This document shows positions 11,380-22,016 of a stretch of DNA of 64,000 nucleotides, one piece after another. The stretch is from Candidatus Bathyarchaeota archaeon (lineage in GTDB: Archaea; Thermoproteota; Bathyarchaeia; Bathyarchaeales; Bathycorpusculaceae): positions 1-64,000 of the forward strand of contig CAWGZR010000010.1 of the NCBI GenBank assembly GCA_963827165.1, written 5' to 3'. The first letter of the stretch is position 1. Each line of letters opens with the position of its first letter. The translations under genes and the position numbers were made by a program. The notes beneath the pieces were generated by a model. The model saw only the letters and a program-made list of their open reading frames with translations. It was not told the origin of the DNA and made no database searches.

Positions 11380-12238
11380 GCTTCTCTCGGCGGTCGGCTC
11401 GGTGCGTAATAGATCGGCCTCTCCGGCTTTCGGCTTCTGCCGGTTCTTCCGCTCAGCGCGCTGCTGGTCTTTCAGGTTGCGCATTTCGAGGGTTTTCCGG
11501 ATGCGGAGCTTGCTCACGACGGCTGTGGCTTCGGCGGGGCTGAGATTGATCCGCGCCGCCGCGATCAGCGCGGCGTAATAGGCATGAAGGTCAGAAAGTT
11601 TGCCGCCGTCGCTGGAAGGCAGAATAATATCGCCGTCGCCGGTGCTGATGCGTCTTTCCTCGGCAGGCGTCGCGCCTTCGGAATTCCCCCCTCCATCTCC
11701 GGCGCGCGGAGCTGGCGAAGATGGCTCCTCCGGCTCGCTGAGTGCCTGGGGTCGGCTGTACGAAGCGGGATTGTGGAAAGCCCACGCCGCGCAATGCCGA
11801 AAATCGGCTAGACTTCGGCTTCCTCGTACTTGTTGCAGCTCTCGATGTGCGGGGGCACCGGCTCGCGATCGATCAGACAAATCAGCCTTGTCGGGGCGTC
11901 GGTGATCGTGCGCACGAAATCCGGCCTGACACTTCATGCAATGTGTCTCGCGGAAACTCTGAAACTTCTGCGGTTGCGGCTGGTCGATCATGGTGGGTCT
12001 GTTGGGAAGCGCGGGGTGAGAAAGGTTTCTTTCTATCTTCTGCCATCCAGCGTTGCAAGTCGGCCTGCGGATCGCGGCAAAGACCGAGATAATCATCCAC
12101 CATATGCTTCGTACTGAAGGACCGGCCGCCGCCGCGTCGCTTCGCGGCTTTTTTCGGAACCGGCTTGGGTGCCGGGTTCGTCGCGGCGCGTGCGACGGCC
12201 TTGAAGACGGGGCGTGTTTCTCCGGATGGTTCGCGCAC
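11380..12238 (-). CDS. hypothetical protein(s), probably frameshifted; ends approximate
   Basis: Protein-like segments MVDDYLGLC... and DLHAYYAALIAAARINL... in different frames. Confidence 0.35.
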
Positions 12239-12337
12239 GGGCGCAGCCGTGGGTGGCGTCGCGCGGTGAGCGTCGCTGAAATTCCCCTCCTGTAAAAGGT
12301 AAGACGTGCGGCTTGGATGGGCTGCGCTGCGCGTCTG

Positions 12338-14234
12338 TTACCGTCCCCGTCCACCTCCGCCGCCGCGATCTTTGCCGCGTTGCTGCGCGGGGCTCTTCGC
12401 GCCGGGCTCGAAGGCGGCACGTTGCGCCGTCTTGCGGTCGTCGCGGGCCAGCCGTTCTTTCACCTCGGGCGAAGCGTTCGCCTTTTCGTCGGAACTAAGC
12501 GTGCGGCCCGATTGCACGGCTTGCTTCGCGCGCGCCTGCGGACTCTCCTGCATCATCACATCGCGAAGCGCGCCTTTCGCGGCGCCGGCCTCTGTCCGCC
12601 GGTTGGCGCCGGTGCGGCCTGCCGCCCTCATGAACGTCGATTGCCGGTCGGCAATGCGTTCGTCGCGCCGCGCCAGAAGTTTGGTGCGAAGCTCACCGCG
12701 CTGGCCGTGTTCGAGATGCGCACGCGCCATATAGGCCACGGCCGCTTCCTTCGGGTTCTGCGGAATGTCCCGAAACCCAACCGGCGTTTTGGTCTTTGCG
12801 ACCTGCTGGTGAAGTCTCATCATCGCCTGCGCGGTCGCCTGCTGCGCCGCCATGCCTTGTTGGGCGCGGGACGAAAGGCGCGTGGCGGTTTCGGCGAGAC
12901 GCTCGGCCCGGAATCCTTCATCGACTCCAAGCCGCTCGGCGATGTGCTGGCGCGAAAGCGCCGCGCGCTCGTCGCGGTGCTGCTCGAAAAGTTCCTTGCG
13001 ATCTTTTTCCTGCTGCTCCTTGAGCGCGAGATACGCCTTGTTCTTTTCGGGGCGCGTGGCCTCGATCGTCGCCTTGCTCGCTTTGCCGTAAAGCTGCTTT
13101 TGATGCAGCTTCATGTCGGCGACGGCCTTGCTCCGCTCGGCGCGGTTTTTGATCGTGCGAACCTCTTTCCATTTGTCGGCGGTCTGCTCGTTGACGCTCT
13201 GGAAAGCTTTTTCGCGCGCGTCGGCGTAAAGCTGCTTGCTCCATGCGTTATGCTCGGCACGCTGCGCCTTGTGGAGCTGGCGCAAGGCTTCGCGGTCGGC
13301 CGCCTGCTGCCCGAACATCTCCTTGCGCTCGGCCGTCTGGTCGGCGCGCATCTCGGCCTTCTCGCTTTGCTCGCGCCGGTCGCGTTCGTTCATAGGCGCT
13401 CGCGGTTGCACAGGGAGAGGCTCGCGCGCGGGATATGGCTTCCGGCGCATGCGCGGGCCTGGTCACTTGCTCGCGCGCCTTGTTGGCTTCGATGATGTGG
13501 GCGTTGTGATCGGCGCGCCTGCCTTGATCGATGAGCGGATAAGGCACGATTTGCCCGCCGCGCTCTCGCTCCTGGCTCGGAATGTCGAGGCCCTTCTCGC
13601 GTATTTTCTGCGCTTGCGGGCCGACATGAATCTGCGGCTCCTTGTCGATGCCTTGCTCTTTGTAAGAGCGGTGATCGTAGCGAATATCCAGCCCGGCCTT
13701 TTCCATGCAGCGATTGAGGTGCTCGCACCAGGCCACGCGGATTTCCGGGCCGGTCATGCGCGGCGGCACCTTCCAGCCGCGCGCCTGCGCCTCCCTCACG
13801 TCATGAAGGCTGGTCGTCGTGCCGATGACCTTGCCGCCCTTCTCGCTCGTCAAATCGCGGTCCAGAAAGACCACATGCGCATGCGGGTTGTGCTCGTCCT
13901 TGCCGCTGTCGTGATGCGCCGCGCACCACGCGATTTTGCCCTTGCCGAGTTCGTGCATGAAGGACGCGATCGCCTCGTGCCGCTGGTCGCGGGATAGCTC
14001 GACCGGCAGCGGGATCATCAGCTTGTCGCACACCCGCGCATTCGGTCGGCCCTCGGCCATCTCCTCGAAAAATCCCCGCGTGCCCCGGCCCCCTTCCGGC
14101 ATGCGCTCCGCCTGAAACTCCGTCATCGCCTCCAGGCGCATGATGTAGCTCATGTGGCTGGTCGATGCGTTCGCCTCGTGCGTCGTCTTGCCGATCGCGG
14201 AGTGCCTGCAACCAAGGAGAGGACGGGTCGCCAA
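12338..14234 (-). CDS. mobA: MobA/MobL (MOBQ-like) relaxase with long coiled-coil tail (frameshift near 13450)
   Basis: HMSYIMR, LMIPLPVEL, HHDSGKDEHNPHAHVV (3H motif), RYDHRSYKEQGI, IHVGP; tail ends RGKDRGGGGGRGR. Confidence 0.85.
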
Positions 14235-14342
14235 TGCGTTACCTTTCTATCCAGTTTTTGCGCTCGGGCCGCCGGTGATGGGCGGGTTTTGGAAGGGTCT
14301 GCGGTGGGTCTGTCTGGCTTCTTTAGTGACGTGGAGCGTGCA

Positions 14343-14371
14343 GGGGGTGCTTGCCCCCATATGTGCGCTTC
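14343..14371 (+). other. candidate oriT/nic site
   Basis: IR GGGGG-TGCTTG-CCCCC followed by ATATGTGCG^CTTC, resembling MOBQ TAAGTGCG^CCCT; about 110 bp upstream of the relaxase. Confidence 0.5.
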
Positions 14372-14900
14372 TACAGATTTTTTCTACTTTTTTGCATCCT
14401 TAGTTTGGCTTGGGGTTCCTTAATTTTTCGTTAACGCCTCGGTCTTCAAGGGCTCGTCTAAGCTTCCCGTGGCAAAAATTCGGTCACATTTTTAAACCGC
14501 CGCTCGCTTCGCTCGCGCACCTCTCCGCCTCTCGTCGCCGGTCGTGCTCATGATGATGATGCTCAGGCCCGGCGGAAAAATGTTGCCCCTTTTTGGAAAA
14601 GAGTTGCCCCCTGCCCTGCCCCGGCGCGCTGCTCCCTGCCCCTCGTCGCCGGTCGGCAACGTAAAAAAAAAATCGGCTCGGCTTCGCCGAGTCTCTCTCG
14701 CTTGCGGCACCTGTCTGTTCACTCTCGTTGCGACGGCGGATCGGTTGCGAAGGACGGAATGCGGCGCTCGCTTCGCTCGCAAGTCTTCTACCCTGTGGGG
14801 GGCGCTGCCCCCCACACCCCCCGGGATATTTGAAGGCAAGATGATGGTCCATGCAGTGAGAAGAAAACCCGCCAAGCCCCGAAGGACCTGGCGGGGCGGG

Positions 14901-15211
14901 ATCAGCTCAGCCCGACATGTCGAGAAGACCGTGTTCCCGCAAATGCGGGTAGCAGTCAGAAGACGCCCGGCGAAAGCCCGCGCCGCTGCGGGGTCGGGGA
15001 AGTCTTCAAACGCATTGACTCCGCCTTCGCGGCAGTGACCGTAGACAGTCCAGAACTGGGCCTGTTCCGGTTCGACGGTTCGACGATCTCCTTGCCGTCG
15101 TCGGCAGAAGCCCACGGTATGGCATGGCTGGATTTCGAGGCCGTCATAGGCGCGGATGTCGAGCATCCAGTCGGGCGTCACAGCAAAGGCTGCGGTGATC
15201 GGATCGCTCAT
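14901..15211 (-). CDS. small hypothetical leading-region protein (frameshifted; 3' end approximate)
   Basis: MSDPITAAF...QFWTVYGHCREGG; ATG overlaps the upstream TGA. Confidence 0.5.
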
Positions 15212-15439
15212 GATTGCACCTCCTCGATGTCGCATTCGGTGACGTTCGTGGTGTCGCCGGTTTCGACCAGCTCGCCTTCGCTGAAAGCTTCCCGGCGCGC
15301 TGTCGTCCTCGTCGGCGGCGTCGATCGCGTACCATTCGGAACGGGTGACGGCGCAAAGGACGCGAAACCTCCTGAGCTTCGGAGCCTCGGCAGGCGCTTG
15401 CGCGCCCGCCTGCTCCGCATCTGTGCGGATGGTGCTCAT
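15208..15439 (-). CDS. small acidic hypothetical protein (frameshifted)
   Basis: MSTIRTDA...FRVLCAVTRSEWYAIDAADED / ARREAFSEGELVE...EEVQS. Confidence 0.5.
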
Positions 15440-15442
15440 GCT

Positions 15443-15670
15443 CTAGCCCTCCCCGCTCTTGGCCGCTTCGGGCTTCGGCTTCCATTTGCGGATGACGAGT
15501 TCCGAACCGTCGAGCGGCAGAAAGTCGAGACGGAGATTGAAGCCGTCGCCGTCGTCGTGCGGCCAGCAAGCGCCGATCTTCGTCCAGCGGCCTTTGCTGT
15601 CGGGCTCCTTGCGACTGACCGCGAACACCTCATGCGTCGGTGCCTTGGCGGATCGTGTGGGTGTGTTCAT
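15443..15670 (-). CDS. DUF736-like small plasmid protein
   Basis: WTKIGACWPHDDGDGFNLRLDFLP. Confidence 0.6.
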   Translation of the reverse strand: MNTPTRSAKAPTHEVFAVSRKEPDSKGRWTKIGACWPHDDGDGFNLRLDFLPLDGSELVIRKWKPKPEAAKSGEG

Positions 15671-15979
15671 GATATTTTTCCTTTCGTGTTTGTTGGCTCC
15701 GCGTCATGCGAAGCCTTGTGACCCCCGTTGGCAGCGCGAGGCTTCAGGACGCGCATAGAAAATTGGGGGAGACCGCGCCCCCTTCGGCGCGGGGGAACCG
15801 ATTTTCGTCATTGCGCGGCGTGGAGTGCGCTGTAGGGGTTCAGGTCACAAAGGTTTCGCTCGGAATGCGCGGGGCCTCTGCGAAAGGCGTGAACAAACCT
15901 GCGGACGCGTTTGCCGTGTGCATGGGCGGTCGGTCAAAGTGACGGGCAACGGCGTCGGCGCGCCGGTGATGGGGCGGTG

Positions 15980-17584
15980 ATGACCGGCGAAGATTTCGAG
16001 GCAAAGCTCAAGGACGATCTGCCGCGCGGGCTGAACCGGCCGAAGCCGATGCGCGGCAAGGACCGGGGCTTGTGGTCGCGCTGGCTCTCCGCCGATGAGA
16101 TGCAGCCAAGCGATGATAACGACTGGGTGACGGGCGACGGCCTGCTCGGCGATGCCTTCATGCTCGGCCGCCGGGGCGGGCGCGTGATCGGCTGGAAGGA
16201 TGACCGGCATTTAATGCTTGCCGCGGGCTCACGTTCAGGAAAGGGCGTGTCGCTGGTGATTCCGAATCTGATCTCGTATCAGGGCTCCATGCTGGTCATC
16301 GACCCGAAAGGCGAGCTGGCCGCCATCACGGCGGGCCGCCGGGGGAGCGGCACAAAATGCGGCGGGCCTGGTCTCGGGCAAGCGGTGCATGTGCTCGATC
16401 CCTTCGGCACAAGCGGACGGCCGCAAGCGTCCTTCAATCCGCTGGCGGAGCTGGACCCGGACTTGCCGGATGTCGTGGACGACAGCGCCATGTGTGCCGA
16501 GGCGCTGATCGTGCATGCGGAGCGTGACCGGCATTGGACGGAGGCGGCGCAGTCGCTCTTGCAAGCCCTGATCCTCGTCACGCTGCGGGAGCCGCCGGAG
16601 CGGCGCAACCTGCTCACGGTGCGCGCCCTGCTCACGCTGACCGACGATCTGATTGTGGATCAGATGATGGACTGGCAGAAGCGGCCATCATCGGCGAACA
16701 AGAAGCGCAGCGACGCGCTGGTTGCGATCCTGCGGGCGCAAGTGACCCATGAGCAATACGGGCATATCTGCTACGGCGTCGCCGAACATCTCGAAGGCAT
16801 GGGCGAAAACGAGCGCGGCTCGATCCTCTCCACGGCGCGCACGCAAACGAGCTGGCTCAACAGCACGTCGATCGGCAAGGCGCTCTGCACAAGCGATTTT
16901 CGCCTGGCGGATTTGAAGCACGGCAAGGCGACGATTTATCTCTGCCTGCCTGCGACGCGCATGGGCACTTATAGCCGATGGTTGCGCCTCTTGATCGGCC
17001 TCGCCTTGACGGTGATGGAACGAACCGAAGTCGAGGTGAAGCCGCCGGTGCTGTTCGCGCTCGATGAGTTTCCGGTGCTGGGACACATGACCGATATCGA
17101 AAGCGCGGCCGGGCAAATGGCAGGCTTCGGCGTCAAGCTCTGGGTGATCGTCCAGAATGTCGGCCAGCTGAAAAAGCACTATGAGCAAGGCTGGGAAACC
17201 TTCGACGCGAATTCCGGCCTCGTGACGGCGTTCGGCAACAGCGATAACGAGACCCTGCAATTTCTGAGCGGCAAGCTCGGCCGGACCGATATCGAGGAAA
17301 CGCGCCTGACCGGCGGGCCGTTCGAGGAGTTGAAACGAAGCGGCGCGTCTTTGGCGCGCGCGGACCGGCGCGAAGTGGCGCTCCTGGAGCCGCAAGAAGT
17401 GCGCCTCAATTTTGCGCCGCGCCGCAAGCGCGCGCTGGTGCTGACGATGGAAAACGATCCGGCGATTGTCGAGCGGTTCATCTATTACGCCAAGGAAGGG
17501 CCGGACTGGGAGTTGTTCCGGGGCCTCTACGACGACAAGCCGGAACGGGGGCGCAAGGTGGAGACGGATGGCGATCAGGCTTGA
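15980..17584 (+). CDS. virD4: type IV coupling protein, VirD4/TraG family
   Basis: AGSRSGKG Walker A, VIDPKGE, FNPL, FALDEFPVLG Walker B, IVQNVGQL. Confidence 0.9.
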   Translation: MTGEDFEAKLKDDLPRGLNRPKPMRGKDRGLWSRWLSADEMQPSDDNDWVTGDGLLGDAFMLGRRGGRVIGWKDDRHLMLAAGSRSGKGVSLVIPNLISYQGSMLVIDPKGELAAITAGRRGSGTKCGGPGLGQAVHVLDPFGTSGRPQASFNPLAELDPDLPDVVDDSAMCAEALIVHAERDRHWTEAAQSLLQALILVTLREPPERRNLLTVRALLTLTDDLIVDQMMDWQKRPSSANKKRSDALVAILRAQVTHEQYGHICYGVAEHLEGMGENERGSILSTARTQTSWLNSTSIGKALCTSDFRLADLKHGKATIYLCLPATRMGTYSRWLRLLIGLALTVMERTEVEVKPPVLFALDEFPVLGHMTDIESAAGQMAGFGVKLWVIVQNVGQLKKHYEQGWETFDANSGLVTAFGNSDNETLQFLSGKLGRTDIEETRLTGGPFEELKRSGASLARADRREVALLEPQEVRLNFAPRRKRALVLTMENDPAIVERFIYYAKEGPDWELFRGLYDDKPERGRKVETDGDQA

Positions 17585-18222
17585 TGTGATCGGCAAGGAC
17601 GATCAGGGCTTGCCGGTGGTGAGCTGGGAAGAGGACCGCAACATGTACGCGCCGGGCGGCGTCGGCCGCGAGCGCGTGTCCTGTTTCATCCGTCCGGATG
17701 AAACAACCGGCGAGCTGCAATTCGTGGCGGTCGGCGCGGTGCGCCACGGCGCTTATGTGGAAACGCGGCCCTGGCGCAAGCTGACAAGCTTCTCGGTGCG
17801 GCGCCGCCGAAACTCTCCACACGACGGCGCAACAAATGTCTTTGGTGCAGGCGCTCGGCGAAAAGAACCGGGCCGCGCGCGTGCTGCTGACGGATGGCGC
17901 GCATGTGGTGGTCGCGCATTTCGAGGGACGGGAAGGCTTTGACGCGCCGCTGAATTTGAATTGCGCCGATGCCTCGGCGGCGGAAGCAAGCGAGCTGTAT
18001 GCGATCCTGACGCGGGAATTTTTCGGGGACCGCGACACGGTGCTGAATGCCACGAAATGCCGGGGCGAATATGTCTGGCCGAAGGATGCGCCGCCCTTTG
18101 TCGCCTATACGCCGGGCAAGATCGAGCCGGTTTCGCCGTGGATCGTGCGGCTGATCGATCTGTCGATTGTCGCGGTGTTGGGACTGTTCGGCTTTGGCTT
18201 CTACTGGTTCGTGCTGCGCTAG
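17568..18222 (+). CDS. hypothetical protein with C-terminal TM helix (frameshifted)
   Basis: MAIRLDVIG... overlaps the virD4 end; second frame ends IVAVLGLFGFGFYWFVLR. Confidence 0.55.
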
Positions 18223-18679
18223 CGCGGCGGTCTTGTCCCGCTCCGGGCGGCTTGCTAAGCTGCACGGTACAGCCGGGGATGGCGATGACCGTGCAAGGTG
18301 ATGAAAATCACGAAAGGCCGCGTTGGCAAACTCGCGCTGGCCTTTTTTGTGTCGCCTCGGCCGCCCGGCGCGGCCCCAAATTCTGTCTCAGGCAAGCGAT
18401 AGGCTGAAAGCTACAAAACCGCCCTCGCCGCCAGAAAAAGCCTCCCTGCCCTCACCACGAGGCAGGACGATACCTTTTAAGCGCCACCCCTGCCCCACGC
18501 CTTCACTGCTAAGCCTCTTTGGCCGCGCGGCGGAGCGCGGCCCTAAAAGAAAATCTTATGCCGCCGTAAGGCGGCATTCCGCATCTCTTTGGTGAGGAGC
18601 GAAGCGACGAATAGAACAAAGTCGGCCGAAGGCCGTCCGCAATAGGCGTTCTCGAAATGACGAGTGGTTCGGGTTGGTG

Positions 18680-18784
18680 AGCGCTTCTTTTATTAAAGAG
18701 AGATTAGAAGAAGATTAGCACTTAATTACATACTTTATAAGTATCTGAAATTAAATGATAATTAGACTTTTTGTGAAAAAAAAT
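18680..18784. other. AT-rich DNA unwinding element of oriV
   Basis: Strongly AT-rich tract in a GC-rich context, abutting the iterons. Confidence 0.7.
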
Positions 18785-18970
18785 GTGCATCGAACGCCGT
18801 GGGTTTGGTGCATCGAACGCCGTGGTTTCAGTGCATCGAACGCCGTGGCAAGTGCATCGAACGCCGTGCCTTTGTGCATCGAACGCCGTTACTTTGTGCA
18901 TCGAACGCCGTGCCAATTTCGGGGGTTTTTTGGGGGGCTAGGCGGATGCTTAATGTGCATCGAACGCCGT
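18785..18970 (+). repeat. iteron array (oriV): 7 x GTGCATCGAACGCCGT
   Basis: Identical 16-mers at 18785, 18808, 18831, 18852, 18874, 18896 (21-23 bp period) and 18955. Confidence 0.9.
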
Positions 18971-18973
18971 GGT

Positions 18974-19807
18974 TTACTCATTTCGCGGTAAAGCGGCGCG
19001 GCGTGATACGGTCACTCGGTCGCCCTCGATGGTGTAGCTTTGCAAAAAGTTGAGGCGGACTAGCTCATCAAGAGCAATACGGCATTGGCGTTTGAAGCTG
19101 GCAGGTTGGGCATTGCGGCTGCCGGTGATCTTTTGCAGGAATGCGAGCTTTACGGGGTAAGGGTTGCGGTGACTGCTGAAATAGGCGTGCATAGCTTGAG
19201 CGAGTGGCTTGCGCCGCAATCTGAGGCGCTGCTGCCAGTCGATGGCGGTCCATTGGGTTTCGCCGTAAAGCCTGATGATGTCGCGGTTGAGCCTGACAAC
19301 GTAATGGCTGGTGAGTTCTTCCTTCGCGCCGCTCTCGACGAGTGAGCCGAAATAGGTTTTTCCGTCGTGCGTGACTTGAACGGCGCAGGCGGTCAGCCTG
19401 ATAATCGCGCTGTGTAGGGCTCGATGCTGCTCTCCGCCGGTGGAAAGCCCAAGGGCTTTAAGAAGACCGTAGGCGGTGAAAGAGCAGGAGTTGCCGAGGG
19501 GATGTTGCCGCGCGAGGTGAACGAGCGTTTCCCACACGGTTAAATCTTCTTGATTAAGCTGCTCGCCGGTGAACTTGACGGTAACGCCGTCTTGACTGGC
19601 AAGCGTAACCTCTTTCAAAAACTGCCGGTCTTTGCTTTGGATCGCCGAAAACAGGGCCGAACGCAGGAAGCTATTCGGGGTGCCGCGCTTCGGCTCCGGC
19701 CAAAGCGGTAGCTGGATGATCTGCGCGGTTTGACGTTGCGTGATGACCCGCCCCAGCCTTTCTAGGTTGCGATCAAGTTCAGAACGGGCGGCCTTAGGGT
19801 GGCTCAT
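18974..19807 (-). CDS. trfA: TrfA-family replication initiator
   Basis: QLPLWPEPKRGTPNSFLRSALF, FTGEQLNQEDLTVW; adjacent to the iterons. Confidence 0.85.
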   Translation of the reverse strand: MSHPKAARSELDRNLERLGRVITQRQTAQIIQLPLWPEPKRGTPNSFLRSALFSAIQSKDRQFLKEVTLASQDGVTVKFTGEQLNQEDLTVWETLVHLARQHPLGNSCSFTAYGLLKALGLSTGGEQHRALHSAIIRLTACAVQVTHDGKTYFGSLVESGAKEELTSHYVVRLNRDIIRLYGETQWTAIDWQQRLRLRRKPLAQAMHAYFSSHRNPYPVKLAFLQKITGSRNAQPASFKRQCRIALDELVRLNFLQSYTIEGDRVTVSRRAALPRNE

Positions 19808-20063
19808 GCAAACTCGGCTCGCGCTGATTCGGGCGGATACTGAGTTTGGCTGGTTTAAGAATGCGGCGCAAGCCGGTAGGCTTGCCCCTGCCCCGCACAA
19901 GGCTAGCCCTGATAAAATCCACAAATGTGGGTTTGGGTCTTTCCCACTTTGGAACATACCCACAGACGATCATTACCACAAACAAGCAAAACAACTTATG
20001 TAAGTTTACACTTACTCACGAATCTACTAAAGTGGTCAACCACGATTCAAGGAATGTGGCTTT

Positions 20064-20748
20064 ATGTCTTTCGTTATTTCTTTCCTTAATCAAAAAGGCG
20101 GCGTCGGTAAATCTACGCTTTCGATCAACGTTGCCGCTTGCTTTGCCCTTTTGGGGCAGAAAGTGCTTGTTGATCGACGCGGATAAGCAAGGCACGTCTT
20201 CGACCTGGGCCAGCTTGCGCGATGAAACGCCATTTCAGGTGGTCAGCATGGCGCGCGAGAACATGGCGCGCGATGCCTTAAAGCTGGCCGAGGACTTCGA
20301 TTTTACGATTATCGACGGGCCTCCTCAGGCCGAGACAATTTCGCGCTCGTGCATCGTCGCCTCGGATTTGGTGGTGGTGCCGATCGAACCGGGCGGCGCG
20401 TCGCGCTGGTCGTCCGATCTGACCGTGCGGCAATTGAAGGAAGCCGAGGAACTTAAGCCAACCCTCAAATGTGGGTTTGTGGTTTCCCGCAAAATCGGGG
20501 TGACGGTCCTGGGCCGCGATACGCGGAGCATGGCGGCCGACGCCGGTATCCCTACGTTCGAAACGGAAATCGAGCAGCGCGTCGCCTATGCGGAAGCGTT
20601 GACGATGGGAAAGACCATTTTCGAGTGGTCTGCTGGGCGTGGTCCGGCGGTGAGGGAAATTCAAACGTTTACCCATGAACTTCTGGACGTTCTCAATGAG
20701 CAAAACATTCGCACAAGCCCCAAAGCCAAAGCCGCAGCTAACGGCTGA
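20064..20748 (+). CDS. parA: ParA (ParF-like, type Ib) ATPase (frameshift near 20150)
   Basis: MSFVISFLNQKGGVGKST from 20064, then IDADKQG, IIDGPP, QRVAYAEA. Confidence 0.85.
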
Positions 20749-21037
20749 AATCATCACCGCCTTTGAGCGCGGCGGGGCCGGGCAGGACACACGAACCAAC
20801 ATTCCCCCAAAGGTGGAAAAGAGGGAACGTGACACACAAACCCACATTCCCGCAAAAGAAGGAAACAGGGAACCCGCGCCAGAGGGAAAACAGGAGCCGA
20901 TAGCGCGCTTGAGCGTTGATCTGCCGAAAAGCTTGCATCGGCGCTTTAAGATAGCCTGCGCCAAAGCCGACCTAAAAATGGTCGCTGAGGTTATCGACTT
21001 CGTTGAGCGTCGGACGCGCGAGCTGGAGCAAGCTTAG
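20696..21037 (+). CDS. ParG-like ribbon-helix-helix partition protein
   Basis: Disordered N-terminus, then ARLSVDLPKSLHRRFKIACA. Confidence 0.75.
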   Translation: MSKTFAQAPKPKPQLTAEIITAFERGGAGQDTRTNIPPKVEKRERDTQTHIPAKEGNREPAPEGKQEPIARLSVDLPKSLHRRFKIACAKADLKMVAEVIDFVERRTRELEQA

Positions 21038-21347
21038 ACGAAACCGGACAGCCTAATTCTTTTCGGGCAACAGGGGTTCAAGGCGCTTGATTTCATTTGA
21101 AACGGCTTGCGTGAGCTGATCGATTTTACGGAAGCTTGCCGGTCGGTCTCGGCGATCGCCGTGCTGGCGTCGGCGAGGTTGGCGGCGGCTTCCTTAAGGA
21201 AGCGCAAGGCGGCGGCAACAGCGGAATTTGTCACGGAACCCTCGGCACGTTCTTCGGTCTGGCGAATGTTGTACCATATGACCGTAAAACGGCAACTTTG
21301 CCGGTGCTGCGTTGCCTTTTGCGGGAATCACCTCGCACTGTCGGGGC

Positions 21348-21566
21348 ATGGAGATTACCCCGGCTCAATGCCGCGCCGCGCGCGGGCTTCTGAACTGGAC
21401 GCAGGGCGAGCTCGCGGCCAAGGTTGGCGTGGCCGTCAAGACCATCCGGGACTTTGAGACGGGTCGCCGGAAGCCGCACGGTCTTTCGCGCGGTGCGATC
21501 AAGCAAGCCCTCGAACAAGCCGGAATTGAATTTCTCGACGATGACGGCCTGCGCCTGAAAAAGTAA
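21348..21566 (+). CDS. XRE-family HTH regulator
   Basis: ITPAQCRAARGLLNWTQGELA..TIRDFETG. Confidence 0.85.
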   Translation: MEITPAQCRAARGLLNWTQGELAAKVGVAVKTIRDFETGRRKPHGLSRGAIKQALEQAGIEFLDDDGLRLKK

Positions 21567-21579
21567 GGCTGGCTGCGCT

Positions 21580-21960
21580 TTTTGTTGAATTCAACAGTCA
21601 ACAATTCAACAGGCTATCCCAAAGGCTAGCCTGTTTTCCGTGTTGCTATCCGGGCCGCTCGCGCCCCAAAGGGGCAGGGCAGGGGAGCTGCCGTTCTCCT
21701 CCGGAAGGGTGGCGGTTCTTCCATTCCTGAGTTCGTCGCCGTCGCTGGCCTTCAACCACGGCCTCGGCCGGGCCAGCGGCGGCGCGCCAGGATGGCCGCC
21801 GGGCTCCCTCCGGGGTGGCGGGCCTATTCCAAGATCAGAGCTTGAGCGGGCTTTCTTGCGGTTAGCGTTTGGGGAAAAGGCTATCCTCAAGGCTAGCTTT
21901 TTGGCTAGCCTCCACAATTGTTGAATTCAACAGTGTTGAATTGTTGTTTGTTGAATTCCT
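21580..21960. repeat. clusters of TGTTGAATTCAACA and GGCTAGCC/GGCTATCC motifs
   Basis: Both motifs repeated at 21582-21650 and 21878-21958, and again at 22952-23010. Confidence 0.65.
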
Positions 21961-22016
21961 CAGCGAACCATGAGACAGTGACTCAATCGGGACAATTGAA
22001 TAAGGGCCTAAGCCTC

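Noticed and set aside
12317-13997. Long + strand ORFs (392 and 253 aa)
   Set aside because: Antisense shadows of the GC-rich relaxase; the same applies to 16688-17596 and 22967-24007
14484-15721. Long overlapping ORFs across the oriT-proximal region
   Set aside because: Low-complexity Arg/Ala/Pro translations of structured non-coding DNA, or frameshift fusions of small genes
18785-18970. Repeat array as a mini-CRISPR
   Set aside because: 16-bp repeats with 5-7-bp spacers, helical phasing, an adjacent Rep gene and AT-rich tract, and no cas genes: these are iterons
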